DNA from: Podarcis liolepis
Taxonomy: Eukaryota
Length of the DNA stretch: 64,000 nt
Assembly (NCBI GenBank): GCA_965112155.1
Contig: OZ218099.1
Reading direction: 5' to 3' (one strand)
Program-made: the position numbers and the translations under genes
In this document: piece after piece, positions 26,169-38,423 of the stretch
Position numbering within the stretch: position 1 is the first letter of the stretch
How the letters are laid out: each line of letters begins with the position of its first letter
The notes under the pieces: generated by a model
What the model was told of the DNA's origin: nothing
What the model saw: only the letters and a program-made list of their open reading frames with translations
Databases searched by the model: none

Positions 26169-26213
26169 GAATAGGACATCCCTATTTTCATTGGAGAAAT
26201 GTTGGAGAGTATG
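25802..26213 (+). mobile_element. Composite MITE carrying an L2 3' tail
   Basis: TIRs CAGACCCTCCAA / TTGGAGAGTATG, 7-bp TSD CATATGG (25795-25801, 26214-26220), duplicated right end (25897-25938, 26172-26213) bracketing an L2 tail with (TTA)n. Confidence 0.8.
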
Positions 26214-28105
26214 CATATGGTATCATGTACACCTGACTCATGTGTAGAGTGGATTTCTCTTGTCGTACCCCCAAATGTCCCTATCTACCGATCAGCCCTC
26301 CACAACTGGGATTAGAAGGCAGGCTCATTAGGTCAGACTTGCTAGCTGGTTCTTTACAAAATAAATAAATAAACTGAACGTGACTTAGAATAAAATTACA
26401 ATATATTTGGCTGCCCATCACCTGCTATTTTTGACGTACATTTCCTGGCTGCAGCATATTTTTGGAGGGGGGAGGGGGGTTAATATGTTGGATGAATTCA
26501 AGTATTCAAGTATTCCTTAAATATTTGTGACGATAGCCTACTGCTGCCTCATAACTGTCCAGAAATCAGCCTGCAATTCCTATTACTTAGGAAAGTAAGA
26601 TTAACTGTTGTGTTGTTCACAACCGGTCTTCCAACTAGTACATTTCATGGAGCGAATTCTGGAACTTTTCCATCTCTGTTGTCTTGTCTTCCCTTTCATT
26701 TCTTAAAAAAGTACCTGTTCTGCCACTGACTGACTGCCAGGTATCCTGTTAAGCCTTCATGTAGCTGAACTAGATTTAAATCTGCTCATTAGGGGAGCCA
26801 GGTCAGAAACCAATAAGTACAGGCTGTACATTATTAGGAAGAGAGGTTAAGGAAGACAGCTGGGTCAGAAACCATGCAAAGGATGGCCTTTGGAAATAAG
26901 GCAACCTTATCTCAAACCATAGCCTTTTAAGTCTGCCTCGCCTCTCTTCCAGAGCAGAAGCAGAAAAACATACTTGCTCCTTTGATTGTAGTCGCATGAA
27001 CCTCGGTGACCTGATTCTACTTTAGTGGCAAGTTAACTGATCCTGTTCAGCAACATTCACAATCACAAATGGCTAGCCATCTTTTGTAAAAGCTCTGCCT
27101 CTGCATCAGATATGGCACAAAGTGCAAGGCTGATCTTACTTTTCTCTCCAGAGGTATTCATTCATGTAGAATTAAAACCATAGCATCATCAAGCCACAAA
27201 GACAACCGAATTCAGACCACCTTTTGTTTACATTGCCAGAGCAGTTTACTGCCTTTCCCCTCTTATCTTGTTTGAAGTAAGATGGGTGGGGTCTGCTTTG
27301 CAGGCCACCCAATGAAAGGAATGGGAGCAACAGGTCCAGAGCAGCAGTAAGTTGAGCTATACAAAGTTCTGTCCTTTGCTGGTAACAAAGATGCAATTGA
27401 TTGCATCACTTTCCTTTCCAGCAGCAAGTATCAGTGGTGCAGTTATGGACTTAGCTACATTAGTAAAACACAACGTTTCAAATTCATTATAAACATGCAA
27501 CACCAGATGGTGCCAGAGAGCAAAAAGAATTTCAAAGCGATTTTTACATAGTGTTTTTCCCCCTTTTGTTATAATGATTTAATTTTTGACTTATTTATAG
27601 TGAGTTTCCCCCCTGTGTGTAGATCCACCCTAGGTTATTTCAGACTCTGAACTTCTTGGCCTGTGGATGGTAGTGAATATTACTTCAATCACTTCTAAAT
27701 GTGGTAAGCTAGCCCTGCTGCATTTGGGCATCCGCTGTGAAGCGAGGCCCTGGAATTCTGCCCCAAATGTCTCTTATGATGGCACCACTGGCAAGCATGG
27801 CAGCCAACTCCAGCCATAATATGCTATGGCCAGATAGATTCATGGGGTCAAATATACACAGAAACTGCCTTGCTGGATCATGGAAATTTAGGGAGCTTCT
27901 ATATATAGAGTCATGCCACTGGCCTGTCTCAGAATCGTCTATGCGCTAAAGCAGCTTCCAAGGGTTATACATTTAATACACAAATAAATGCTGGAAGATG
28001 CACAGTGCTGCCCTTCAGACATCACTCAGAAAACAACTCCCATGATGCTCAGCAAAGCTGATTCCCTAGAAAATGTGTTTAGGGTTGCAGCCTTAATTCT
28101 TAGTA

Positions 28106-28705
28106 CAGTGGTACCTCAAGTTACAAATGCCTCAGGTTACAAATGCTTCAGGTTACAAACTCCACTAACCTGGAAGAGTTACCTCGAGTTGAGTACTTTG
28201 CCCCAGGATGAGAACGGAAATCGTGTGCTGGCAGCACAGCAGCAGCAAGAGGCCCCATTAGTGAAAGCATGCCTCTAGTTAGGAACAGTTTCAGGTTAAG
28301 AACGGACCTCCATGAAGTGAAGGACACGAGTCAGGTGAGCTGTGCATAAGCAAGCCGCCAGCTAGCTCTGCCAAGGCTCTTTTTATTAGCACAATATGCA
28401 AAACCAGTCAGGTACATTTTGGACTGTGACCTTTACACATCTTCCAATCCTGAGATCGAGGGGTGGTACAAAGTTATTTTGGCACCTGTTTCCACTGAGT
28501 CACTTTCCCCTTGCACAATGTTTAATCGAAAGAGACAAAGGTCACAGACAGGGCAAGGCAGACTACTAAGAGAGCAAAAGGTTAGATAGAGGGCATGATG
28601 TTCAGACAGCTGTGGCTTGTCTGCTGGTGGAAGTGTGCTCCACACCTTTCCACATCATTCCTTCACCTCCAGAACGAATTAAGTTTGTAACTAGAGGTAC
28701 CACTG
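28106..28705 (+). mobile_element. Tc1/mariner (Tigger-like) MITE with a nested LTR
   Basis: TA|CAGTGGTACCTC ... GAGGTACCACTG|TA. Homologous to 38424-39151 and 61462-61679. Confidence 0.88.
28313..28665 (-). mobile_element. Solo LTR inserted in the MITE
   Basis: TGAAG...CTTCA inverted ends, 6-bp TSD CCTCCA (28307-28312, 28666-28671), AATAAA on the minus strand near 28382-28387. Confidence 0.8.
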
Positions 28706-28959
28706 TACAAGCACCATCTCCAGAGCTAGAAAGCAACACTCAGCCTTCTTGTAGGGTGCTTCCACATGGCATATCATTGTGGAATCTGTGCTGCTCATGT
28801 GTGCAAATTATGAGCAGCGACAGCATCCTCATCAAAATACCACCACCACTCCGTGTATAGTGCCCCCCCGACAGCAATAATGTAGTAGCATAACAAACTG
28901 AAGCAGAATATAAATCCACCACTAAGGCTGTCACCACTACTGCACTGCCCGTGGGCCAG

Positions 28960-29830
28960 CCTTTTTGGCACCGGTTTGGAGTCATACCGACAAGGTTGGG
29001 TTTTGGGTTGTCCCTGTGGCCCCCAGTTTGAGCGTCACTTGCTCAGCTTGGGGGGCTGCAAAGAAAGCAGGGTTTGTGGCACAAAACTGTGCAAAACCAG
29101 CACACCACTTGGGCACTGGTTTGGTGCCAGTCAGACAAAGTTGGGTTTCTGGCCCTTTACTTGTGACTCCAGTTTGAGTTTCAGCACACCACTTTGGCAC
29201 TGGTTTGGCATCTATGGGACGAGATTGGGTTTTAGGGTCGCCGGTGGCACTGTGGGTTAAACCACAAAGCCTAGGGCTTGCCGATCAGAAGGTCAGCGAT
29301 TTGAATCCCCGCAACGGGGTGAGCTCCCGTTGTTTGGTCCCAGCTCCTGCCAACCTAGCAGTTTGAAAGCACAAAGTGCAAGTAGATAAAGAGGTACTGC
29401 TCTGGCGGGAAGGTAAACGGCGTTTCCGTGCACTGTTCTGGTTTGCCAGAAGCGGCTTAGTCATGCTGGCCACATGACCTGGAAGCTGTCATGGAGCCGC
29501 CTCCTTTGGCCAATAAAGCAAGATGACCGCCGCAGCCCCAGAGTTGTCCACGATTGGACCTAATGGTCAGGGGTCCCTTCACCTTTATGGACACCTGATT
29601 GTCAGTTACTCAGCTTGAGGGGCTGCACACTAAGCAGTGTTTGTGGCACAAAACCATCACACCACTTTGGCACTGATTTGGAGTCATTCTGACAAAGTGG
29701 GATTTTTTTGCATTAACTTATGACCCTGATTTGCTTTGTCAATTACTCGGTTGTGGGGGGGGGGGGATGGCACAAAACCTGGGGTTTGCAGCACAAAACG
29801 GCTCAAAACTAGCACAAAGCTTTGGCATTA
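28960..29830. repeat. Degenerate complex tandem repeat split by a Sauria SINE
   Basis: Recurring motifs cacaccactttggcactggtttgg, gacaaagttgggttt, tttgtggcacaaaac and ctcagcttg.ggggctgca on both sides of the SINE. Confidence 0.7.
29235..29587 (+). mobile_element. Sauria SINE (Squam1-type), full length
   Basis: tRNA-like head ggtggcactgtgggttaaacc...gatcagaaggtc.gcgatttgaatccc, central gtgagctcccgttg...gcagtttgaaagca and terminal acctttA. Confidence 0.9.
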
Positions 29831-32800
29831 TTATTTGGGGGGGGGGGGGACACAACCCGGAATTTCAAGGTCACATGCTGATGAAGCTTACAATTCTGAA
29901 AACTTTGCTTTGTCCTTGGTTCTATTCACCACCCAAGCTTTTTGTTTTATGCAACAACCATTCACCGAGTTCTTGAAGCCTGCTTGACATAATTATGTTA
30001 ATTCCCATTGTTGTTCTACTTGATCTGGCTGATGGCTCTTCACAATGCACGAGCGATTTCTGTAAATGCCAGAAAGGTCCCACAGAGAGCTTTGGGGAAA
30101 GTGAGCAGGAAAGACGGAGACTGCATTCTGGGGAGTTGGAAATGGCATCCGCAAGCTCGATTTGATACCGGGCGCTGAGGAACATTTCACCCTTCCAAAG
30201 ACTGTACTTTTACCCTATTCCCCTTCCACTGCCAACCAAACAACTTACTTGTTTTCATAGCACCTTTTCCCTCCATCTCCAAGATGCCCTTTGCCTTGCC
30301 TCCAAAATATGAAGCTGATTTGTGGTTTTCTTGGAATATCATATTCACCATTTTTTCCTCAGCCTTAACTTTTATTCATTCACTTGTGGGAATGAAGAAA
30401 TGGCTTTTCTTCAATTCCTGCACTGTGCTTTGAAGCAGGAAGGCAACTGGGACACATCTCTTTCCTTTCCCAAAGGAAAGCTACTGGATTGAGTATCAAG
30501 GGCCAATTGCAAACACTATAGGGGGTAGGAATATGGCGGCAAGAGAGATTTCCCTACCTTTATACCCATGGGGGCAGGTGGTACTTCTTCAGACAGTTTT
30601 GTTCGCTGACAGTCTCATCGGGCAAACGCTGTGCTGTGCCAAAGGGAGAACACACTTCTGAAGACCCTTTTCCACAATAGATTGAGATTGGGAACTTAAT
30701 TAGAAATAAATGCAGCTACCTCCTCAAAGATAAAGCTGTCAACCCTAGTGATGCACGACAAGCAATCCAGCAAGAGGTTTTTTTTATATATATACCATCA
30801 GTCCACTTATGAACCTTGAGCTATCTGTGCCTCAGATAGTCTCATAACAACTACTGGCAAGGTTTCTCATCAGGGCTTTATATAGATCCAAAAGGAATTA
30901 GATGTGCCCCCTTCTAGTAAGGGGAGGGGAAAGCTGGCTACCTGAATTCAGCAGCCAACCCTTCCACACCAAATATGGGCCATTACAGAAGTCATCCAAA
31001 CAAGCTCATAGAGACTTTAATGGCCTTCAAACAAGCAGGTCATACTCAGAGCTTTCTGGGTCAGACCTTGTAGCACCTGGTCCACCATGTTTTCTTCCCG
31101 GTCTCTAGACTACCTCCACCCTGGGGAGCCACAGAGATGTGGCTATGAGCTGCTACCTTTTACCCCTCAGCAGACCTGCATGATTGCCCTCAATGGAGGG
31201 CTGTCCGTTAGGGAAAATAGGACTCTGCCCCACCAAGCTTAGCCTGCTCTCAACCAGCCCCCAGCTGTCTGTCCTCTTACTTGCAACCAGTTCAAGGGGT
31301 TGGAGGGATTGCCTTCCTTCTCCTTAGACTCAGCATTTCCTATATAGAACTCGGGAGCAGGGAGGAGCAGGAGGGCAAAACTAGAATGAATTGGCTCTGC
31401 CTATCCTAGGACTTGCCGATCAGAAGGTCGTCGGTTCAAATCCCCGCCACTCCTTATCCATCCACCCCAGCATCTGCTCTGCTGTCTGAGGTGGCAGCCT
31501 CCTCACTATGTCTAATGGTAGGGATGGCCTTGTACACTGTCTGCTGCCTGCCCACCTCTCTTTTATCTTCCTTGTCTCTCACCTCAGGCAATCCACATTA
31601 TTTATTTATATTCATGCCACAAATATTCCTCCTAATTCATGTCTGTGGCAGGATGCTGGAAGGCTGTTAAAGGCTTGGGAACATCTGTTTGGGAAATAGT
31701 TAGTAGCTATCCATCTGAGAGTATTTGTCTGTCTGTGTGTGCCTGCACATTTCCGTTCTTAAATGTCTTTGTGCATGCATATGCAAATGTTGTTTGTGTG
31801 TGATTCTTCTCTGGCAGTGACTCCTGACCGACATTGCACAGGCAAGGTGGTTTCATCACAGCAAGTTCACCATCATGTGTCCTGGAGCGAGCACTAATAT
31901 TTGATGGTTCTGGAACGTGGGATGTGGACCACAGAGAAAGCAACCCACTACTGCCTCCCATTGAAGAAGACTGGGGTTCTAAAATAAGCAGAGGAGCAAG
32001 GAAGGTTAGGCAATGCTAGCCTTTAGGGATACACACCAGCTTCCTTGAGGAAGTTTTAAGAGCTACACTATTAAGTTTTGGGGTCCGAATTCCCCACACT
32101 GGGCAATTATGTTTGCCATTCAAATAAAGGCATAAACCTCAGTTTGAAGGGGAGGGGGAATGATCTAGATTTTTGTTCTCCCTGGGTCACAGGGTTGCCC
32201 TAATTTCCCCTAACAGACACGTTTTTTGCAAAGCGATTCTTTCAGTAGAAAATATAATCTTGCAACAGAGCTACCAGCATTATCAAAAGTGGGACTCTGG
32301 TTGGCAGAGAGGACTCCTCTTTTCCTTCGCAGAAATGCGTACATGGAATTATGAGATACCGAGAGAAAACAACATTCTCCTATCCTGACCCAGGGCTGGC
32401 ACTAACTCCACAGCTGTTTTCAATGAGCCTTGTAGTTCCAAGCAGCTTGCCGAGGGCTGTCAAATGTTTTCAAGGGGTACCTCCTTGGCATTGGACATTA
32501 CAAAAGTGTCAGCCTAAATCTTGCATCTGTGAGTAGGTTCATCTGAACTGAGGTGCTGAAGGTCCTCCACTTGTACTAGGATATAGGAGAATTTTTGTTG
32601 ATCTGTTGAATGCAATATTCCTCAATTTTGAATACTTTGGTGTGTGTGCATGTGCACATTCAGATTATACACAAGCACACTTTAACTTAGATGTGTAGCA
32701 CACTGCTGGGAGTCCCTTCGTAGCTGGTGCCTTGCTGATGCACTCCACACAGGAGATTTCTGGCCAGGGGGTCTCTAGCAGCCTGCAGTGACAATGCCAG

Positions 32801-34229
32801 GCTAACTGGATCTCAAGACTTCTGCAAACAACTACATACCAGGTGACATTTACCTAACACTAATTGATATATGAGCAATTTGTCACAGCAGCCTTTGAAG
32901 TTGCCAAGTGGATCCCCTGCAAGTGCAGCCATTTCCTACTCAACCGAAACAAGATTTGTGTGTTAACCAGAGAGCTTTAATCATATTGGCTCGCTACCGC
33001 TGTTTGGAGGGAATTACAAAGCTAGGCATTTTCTCAAAGACTTTCCAATCCCCACTGCTCCCTTAAGAATTGCTTTGATATTTCATTAGCTTCTGGAAAC
33101 ACGTTTTGGAAAAGGAGCTGAAATTTTAGCAGTTAAGGGGATCACGTGGACTGCAAAACCTGAGCTTTCCTTCCTTTGAGTTATTTCTAGACCTAGTGCC
33201 TTTCAGTGAAAATGTTGTTGGGCTGGTGTTCCTACTCCACCTCAGGCATTCCTTGGCTCTCTGAATTCTGTAGATGTTTGAAAGATTTATTTGGAAGGCA
33301 AGGAAGTGAGAAATGGGGGGGGGGGGTATAGAGAGAAGGAGGGAGGGAGGGAGGGAGAGATGAGGAGGAGGGGCAGGGAGATGGGGAGGGAGAACTGTAT
33401 AGCCTTGGAAGCCTTGCCCCTTGATTGCATACCAGACTCTCTGTGTGTTTTTTAAAAAAATATTCATTATACTACCTACTCCTTGTACACAGCCTGTGGA
33501 AAGAATGAAGGTGCTGTATTTCTTGTGGATAGATGAGATTTGCACCACTGTATTCCACACGAGACCTGCCACAGCTTCCCAAGCACAAACGTTGGGACTG
33601 AATGGATGGGCAAGGTTTGCAATCAAGCAATCCATCTACGTCCATCTCTTCTGCTGGCCAGCTTCAAGGTGCCAGGAGACCATGCACGTCACAATACCAT
33701 ATCTACCCCTATGCAGCTTCTTGCCTTGCCAGCCATGTTGGCTCTGAACAAAGATAATGCAGGGATGTAGGCCACCCACAGTAGCAGCTTGAGAGAGAGA
33801 CACAGCCTGCCTGCATTTTCCTTGTATCACAGAAGCCCAGCTGCAGCAGCTGAGGCTAAGATAAGGTGCAGATGCCATTAGGAAACCAATAAATCTGGGA
33901 CCATGAATCCACCTGAGGATTAGGACAACCCAAGTTTCCAAACACTGTTAGGTGGAGACACTTTTATTGTCTTAGGTCACTAACAGTGACCGGAAGCTAG
34001 GCTTGTTATAAAACCAGATGCTTTCTCAGCCTCGTTTTTTCTCTGCAGGGATTTATTAAAAGAAACTCTTGCTTTTATTGTGGGTCAGATAAGGGTTTAT
34101 TTAAAGGTACTGCCTACCAAACGGGTCAGGTATTTGAGCAGCTTCAGTTTCCCACTGGACAATGTTCATACATTCATTGTATAATGTATTTAGACTCTTA
34201 GTGTCTTTACTGGGGATTAAAAGACACCT

Positions 34230-34775
34230 GCTTTTTGGGAGAAAAGCAGTGACAAACCTAGATAGCATCTTTAAAAAGCAGAGACATCACCTTGCCGACA
34301 AAGGTTCATATAGTTAAAGCTATGGTTTTCCCAGTAGTGATGTATGGAAGTGAGAGCTGGACCATAAAGAAGGCTGATCACTGAAGAATTGATGCTTTTG
34401 AATTATGGTGCTGAAGGAGACTCTTGAGAGTCCCATGGACTGCAAGAAGATCAAACCTATCCACTCTGAAGGAAATCAGCCCTGAGTGCTCACTGGAAGG
34501 ACAGGTCCTGAAGCTGAGGCTCCAATACTTTGGCCACCTCATGAAAAGAGAAGACTCCCTGGAAAAGACCCTGATGTTGGGAAAGATGGAGGGCACAAGA
34601 AGAAGGCTACGACAGAGGACAAGATGGTTGGACAGTGTTCTCGAAGCTACCAGCATGAGTTTGACCAAACTGAGGGAGGAAGTGGAAGACAGGAGTGCCT
34701 GGCGTGCTCTGGTCCATGGGGTCACGAAGAGTCGGACACAACTAAACGACTAAACAACAACAACAACAACAACAA
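34230..34775 (+). mobile_element. BovB LINE 3' fragment
   Basis: VKAMVFPVVMYGSESWTIKKAD..RIDAFELWC.RRLLRVPWTARRSN...HGVTKSRTQLND* plus a (CAA)n tail. Confidence 0.95.
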
Positions 34776-35380
34776 AGCCTCACTGAGTAGCAGAGAAAGC
34801 TATTTCCAAAATGCCAGTGCTTAGCGATAAACAAAAAAAAATACCTAGTTTAATTCAGTGACAAAATTACAACTGCACATAATGAATCAGGAAGGTCTTT
34901 CATCTGGTGGTTCTTGCTCAACCTGTACTGATTCATTTTTTTCTTTCAGAAGAACAGGAATGGGAAACCTAAGGCTCTTGAGATGTTGGAGTACAACTGT
35001 CACCACCACTTACTATTCACCATGCTGATTGGAGATGCTGTGTGGCAACATTTGAAGGCCACAGTTTCCGCATCCCTGCAGGAGAAGACTTTGATAGCCA
35101 ATGTTCTCATTATGGCTGCCATGTGGGGAACACTTTTAAGTCATCCCACATTGTGTGTGGTTTTGTGCAGTGGCTAAGTTACCTTAGTATATGATGAACT
35201 GGGGTTCATGAAAAAGCATCCATTCATGAAAAGGCCATATATTATGACCTTCAAGAAAGGTCTAACATCTCCACAGGGAAGCTGGAAGGCATAACGTGTC
35301 CCCTTGGAGCACCCAACATTTCACATGAAAGTTACTTCTTGAAAACTGTGGAAGGCAAGAGGTTGTGGTGCCCTTCAAAT

Positions 35381-35518
35381 CAGGGGTGACTAAACTATGA
35401 CCTTGCAGATGTTACTGGATTCCAAATTCCATCAACTTCAGCCAGCATGGCCAATGGTCAAGGATGATAGGAGCTGTACTCCAACAACATCTGGAGCGTC
35501 ACAGGGTAGACACCCCTG
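35381..35518. mobile_element. Hairpin MITE (CAGGGG...CCCCTG family)
   Basis: Inverted arms. Further copies at about 34955-35078, 36110-36242, 37010-37139, 38240-38346 and 44260-44378. Confidence 0.7.
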
Positions 35519-38423
35519 CTTTACATGTGACCCAACCTCTTTGGCAGAGGCCAATCATGCAGGCCCCAATTATAGACCCGGTGCCTCGCTGGGGAGTTAA
35601 GTACATGCTGGCCAGTACAGTAGCCAAGACCCACACAGTTAGCTCACTTAGTTGGAACATTTCACCAATACCCAAGCTATACTCATGCAAAAGTTGAGCC
35701 TATCTGGTCTGGGGGACATTTAAAATGACCATGTCATTTATATAACCATGAAAAGCATTGAATCGTTTTTATATTCAAATCATCTTTTTTCAAGAAAGGA
35801 AAAATTGGAAAAATTTGTTCCCTAGCCCCTCCGGGAATGTTAAATCCAGAAAAGCTGGGTTATTTCAGGCTTTAGGAGACAGGTATGCCTGAGCACCAGT
35901 TGGAATGCAGATCCTGTGTAAAAGGTCCAGCCTATGTTCTGAGAGTGAATTCTGTCTGGCCCTTAAGAATGTGGAAGCTTCCTAATGTAAGTTTTCTGTG
36001 TGACTGCCTGCCTGCCCCTCGAAATAAAGAAAGTGGGACATGTGGGCTTCATCATGCCATGGACAATCGAAGTCAGGAGAGGCAGGGGGAACAGCTCTTC
36101 TCATTCTTCATCAACCTGGTGCCACCCTCCAGATGATTTGGACTACAACTTCCATCAGACTCAGACAGCAGAGCTATGCTGGCTGAGGCTGTTGGGAGTT
36201 TTGATCCAAAGGATCTGGAGGGCACCAGGTTGGCAAAGGCTGCTTTAAGCACACTTATTTCCCTCAGCCACAAAATATTTGCTGAACAAAATGAGGTGTA
36301 CCAGAAAGCCTCATGTCTTAAGAGTTTCACGAACGAAACCTAGGAAAAAACACACACTACATTGCCCTACCTATTAGGTAACTCTCTTCTTTTCTGCCCA
36401 ATTATTTCCCATATATCCCCTGTTCCTACCAGCCTGCACAGTCTTTAATGTATTTCAGCTTTTATCCCTGCAAGGTGAGCCAAGGCTGCTATTTCCAGCT
36501 CTCCTGGAAAATGTGGAATTATTGCCTACAGCCAGGAAAGCAGCTGTTGCCTGTTTATCAAGATAGCAGCAAATGAGCCACATATTGATTTGCAGACAGG
36601 GTTGTTTTCTTGAAAACATTTGCCCCATTAGAAACATGTAGGAACTTCTTTGCTGACCCCTAAGCAATCACACAACTCTTTTCTAGAGTGTTTGCCCAGT
36701 GCTAGCAGAGCAGCTGTAGTAAATGTATTGACAACAGGCAAGTGATTTGGTATTGCATCCTATTAGGGTTATTGGGCTGTAACTCAAAGATCCTCATTTC
36801 CCCTATACACTTGTTGGGCAGCTTCCATCCGTTCTAGTTCGCCTCTCCCTTTGTCTGCACTATCCTATCTGTGTCAGACTGTCTATCAAGTCAGGGCAGT
36901 TGAAACATATAGAAAAGCATTTTGGTTTCCTACAATGATGGAATGGCTTCCCTTGGGAAAATGCCAGCGTCTGATAATAATTTGGCAGTGCTGCTAAGAT
37001 CTTCTACATCAGGGATGCGGTCCTTCAGATGTTGCTAGACTACAGCTCCCATCATCCCTGACTATTGGCCATGCTTGCTGGAGCTAATGGACGTTGCAAG
37101 TCCAACATCATCCATATGGTCACAGATTCACCATCTCTGTTCAATTTGAACCGGTGGTGGTGGTTGGCATTAAATTGAGGAAAATATGACTGTTGAATCA
37201 TTTTGCTTCATTTGTTATTTAATTAGATATTTAATAATTTTTTATATTGTTTTAAAAAATGGAGACAAGGCAGGCTATAATATTTAAAGGAAGAGCTGGC
37301 CTTGCCCTCAACACTGGCACCTTCCCACCCCATCTCAGATTACCAGCTACAGGCTGGTTTGTGCTGCACAGAATTCCTATGAAGTCAATCTTGCCAGTTT
37401 TTCTACTCTCCCCTGGGCCGGGCCAGTGCAGACTCTTCCATCACACTAATGGCACCTCTCATAATTAACTCATTCACTATTAATTTGGATGTCAAAAGAC
37501 ATGCGTCACATTTGCCTTTAATTAATATGCCCTTAAAATAAAACTAAGGGGCTTCGTCGGCAAACTTGAAAGGGAGACACTGCCCTACAGAGAACTTGGC
37601 TGGCATCAAGCCGCAAGAATAATGTGAGCACATGCTTTCTTTCCAGGGGCTCTGATGATATATAAAAAGGGAGAAAAGGTTAGAACAATGAGGGAATGAC
37701 ATTGGTCCCCAGGTGCTCATTGCAGTCCCTGCCACCCCATTACATTTTTTACAGGCAGGCATCAAACATAGTCAAGACCATCAACTGTGCAACACACACA
37801 GGCCAGTGGGGAGCAGCTTTATGAAGGCTGTCCCATGAATCGGTCTGGTAAGCTCTTACGCACTTGCTAGAGCTGTGTTGAAAACAGACATGCAATGTGA
37901 TAGCTAGGGTACATCAAAGAGAGATAGAGAGAGAAAACATGAGTATGCCGTAACTCCAACAGCTGAATTTATGGTTGCTGTCCAAGGAAAGACACATCCC
38001 ACCAGGTAACTGCATTTTCCAAAAATTGGATGGTTGCCAGAAACATACAGTTTTGCAGCCAGATGAGCTGCTTCTTCAGGGATAAGTTGGGGCAGCGAAT
38101 GAGAATCTGCCCCAGTCTTAGAGTGACCAGAAGCAAGAGAGGCCAGGGTTCCTGTGCTTTATGAACTTGCACAAAAGAAATAATTCCGGAAGGTGCCAAT
38201 TTACTCACCCCAGCAGATGTAGTCCAAAACCATGGGAGGGCACCACACTGATAACCCCCATCATCCCTGACCATTAGCCATCCTGGGTGGGGCTGGTGGG
38301 GGTTGTAATCCTCAACATCTGACGGGCACCACAATGACTATTCCTGCTTGACTAAGAACTCAGCTTCCAGTTGACCAGGAGATCCTAGGTGGCAGGACAT
38401 TTAACATTTGGAAAAAACCGCTA

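Noticed and set aside
33313-33392. G-rich purine tract with G-quadruplex or triplex potential
   Set aside because: Ordinary low-complexity sequence with no supporting context.
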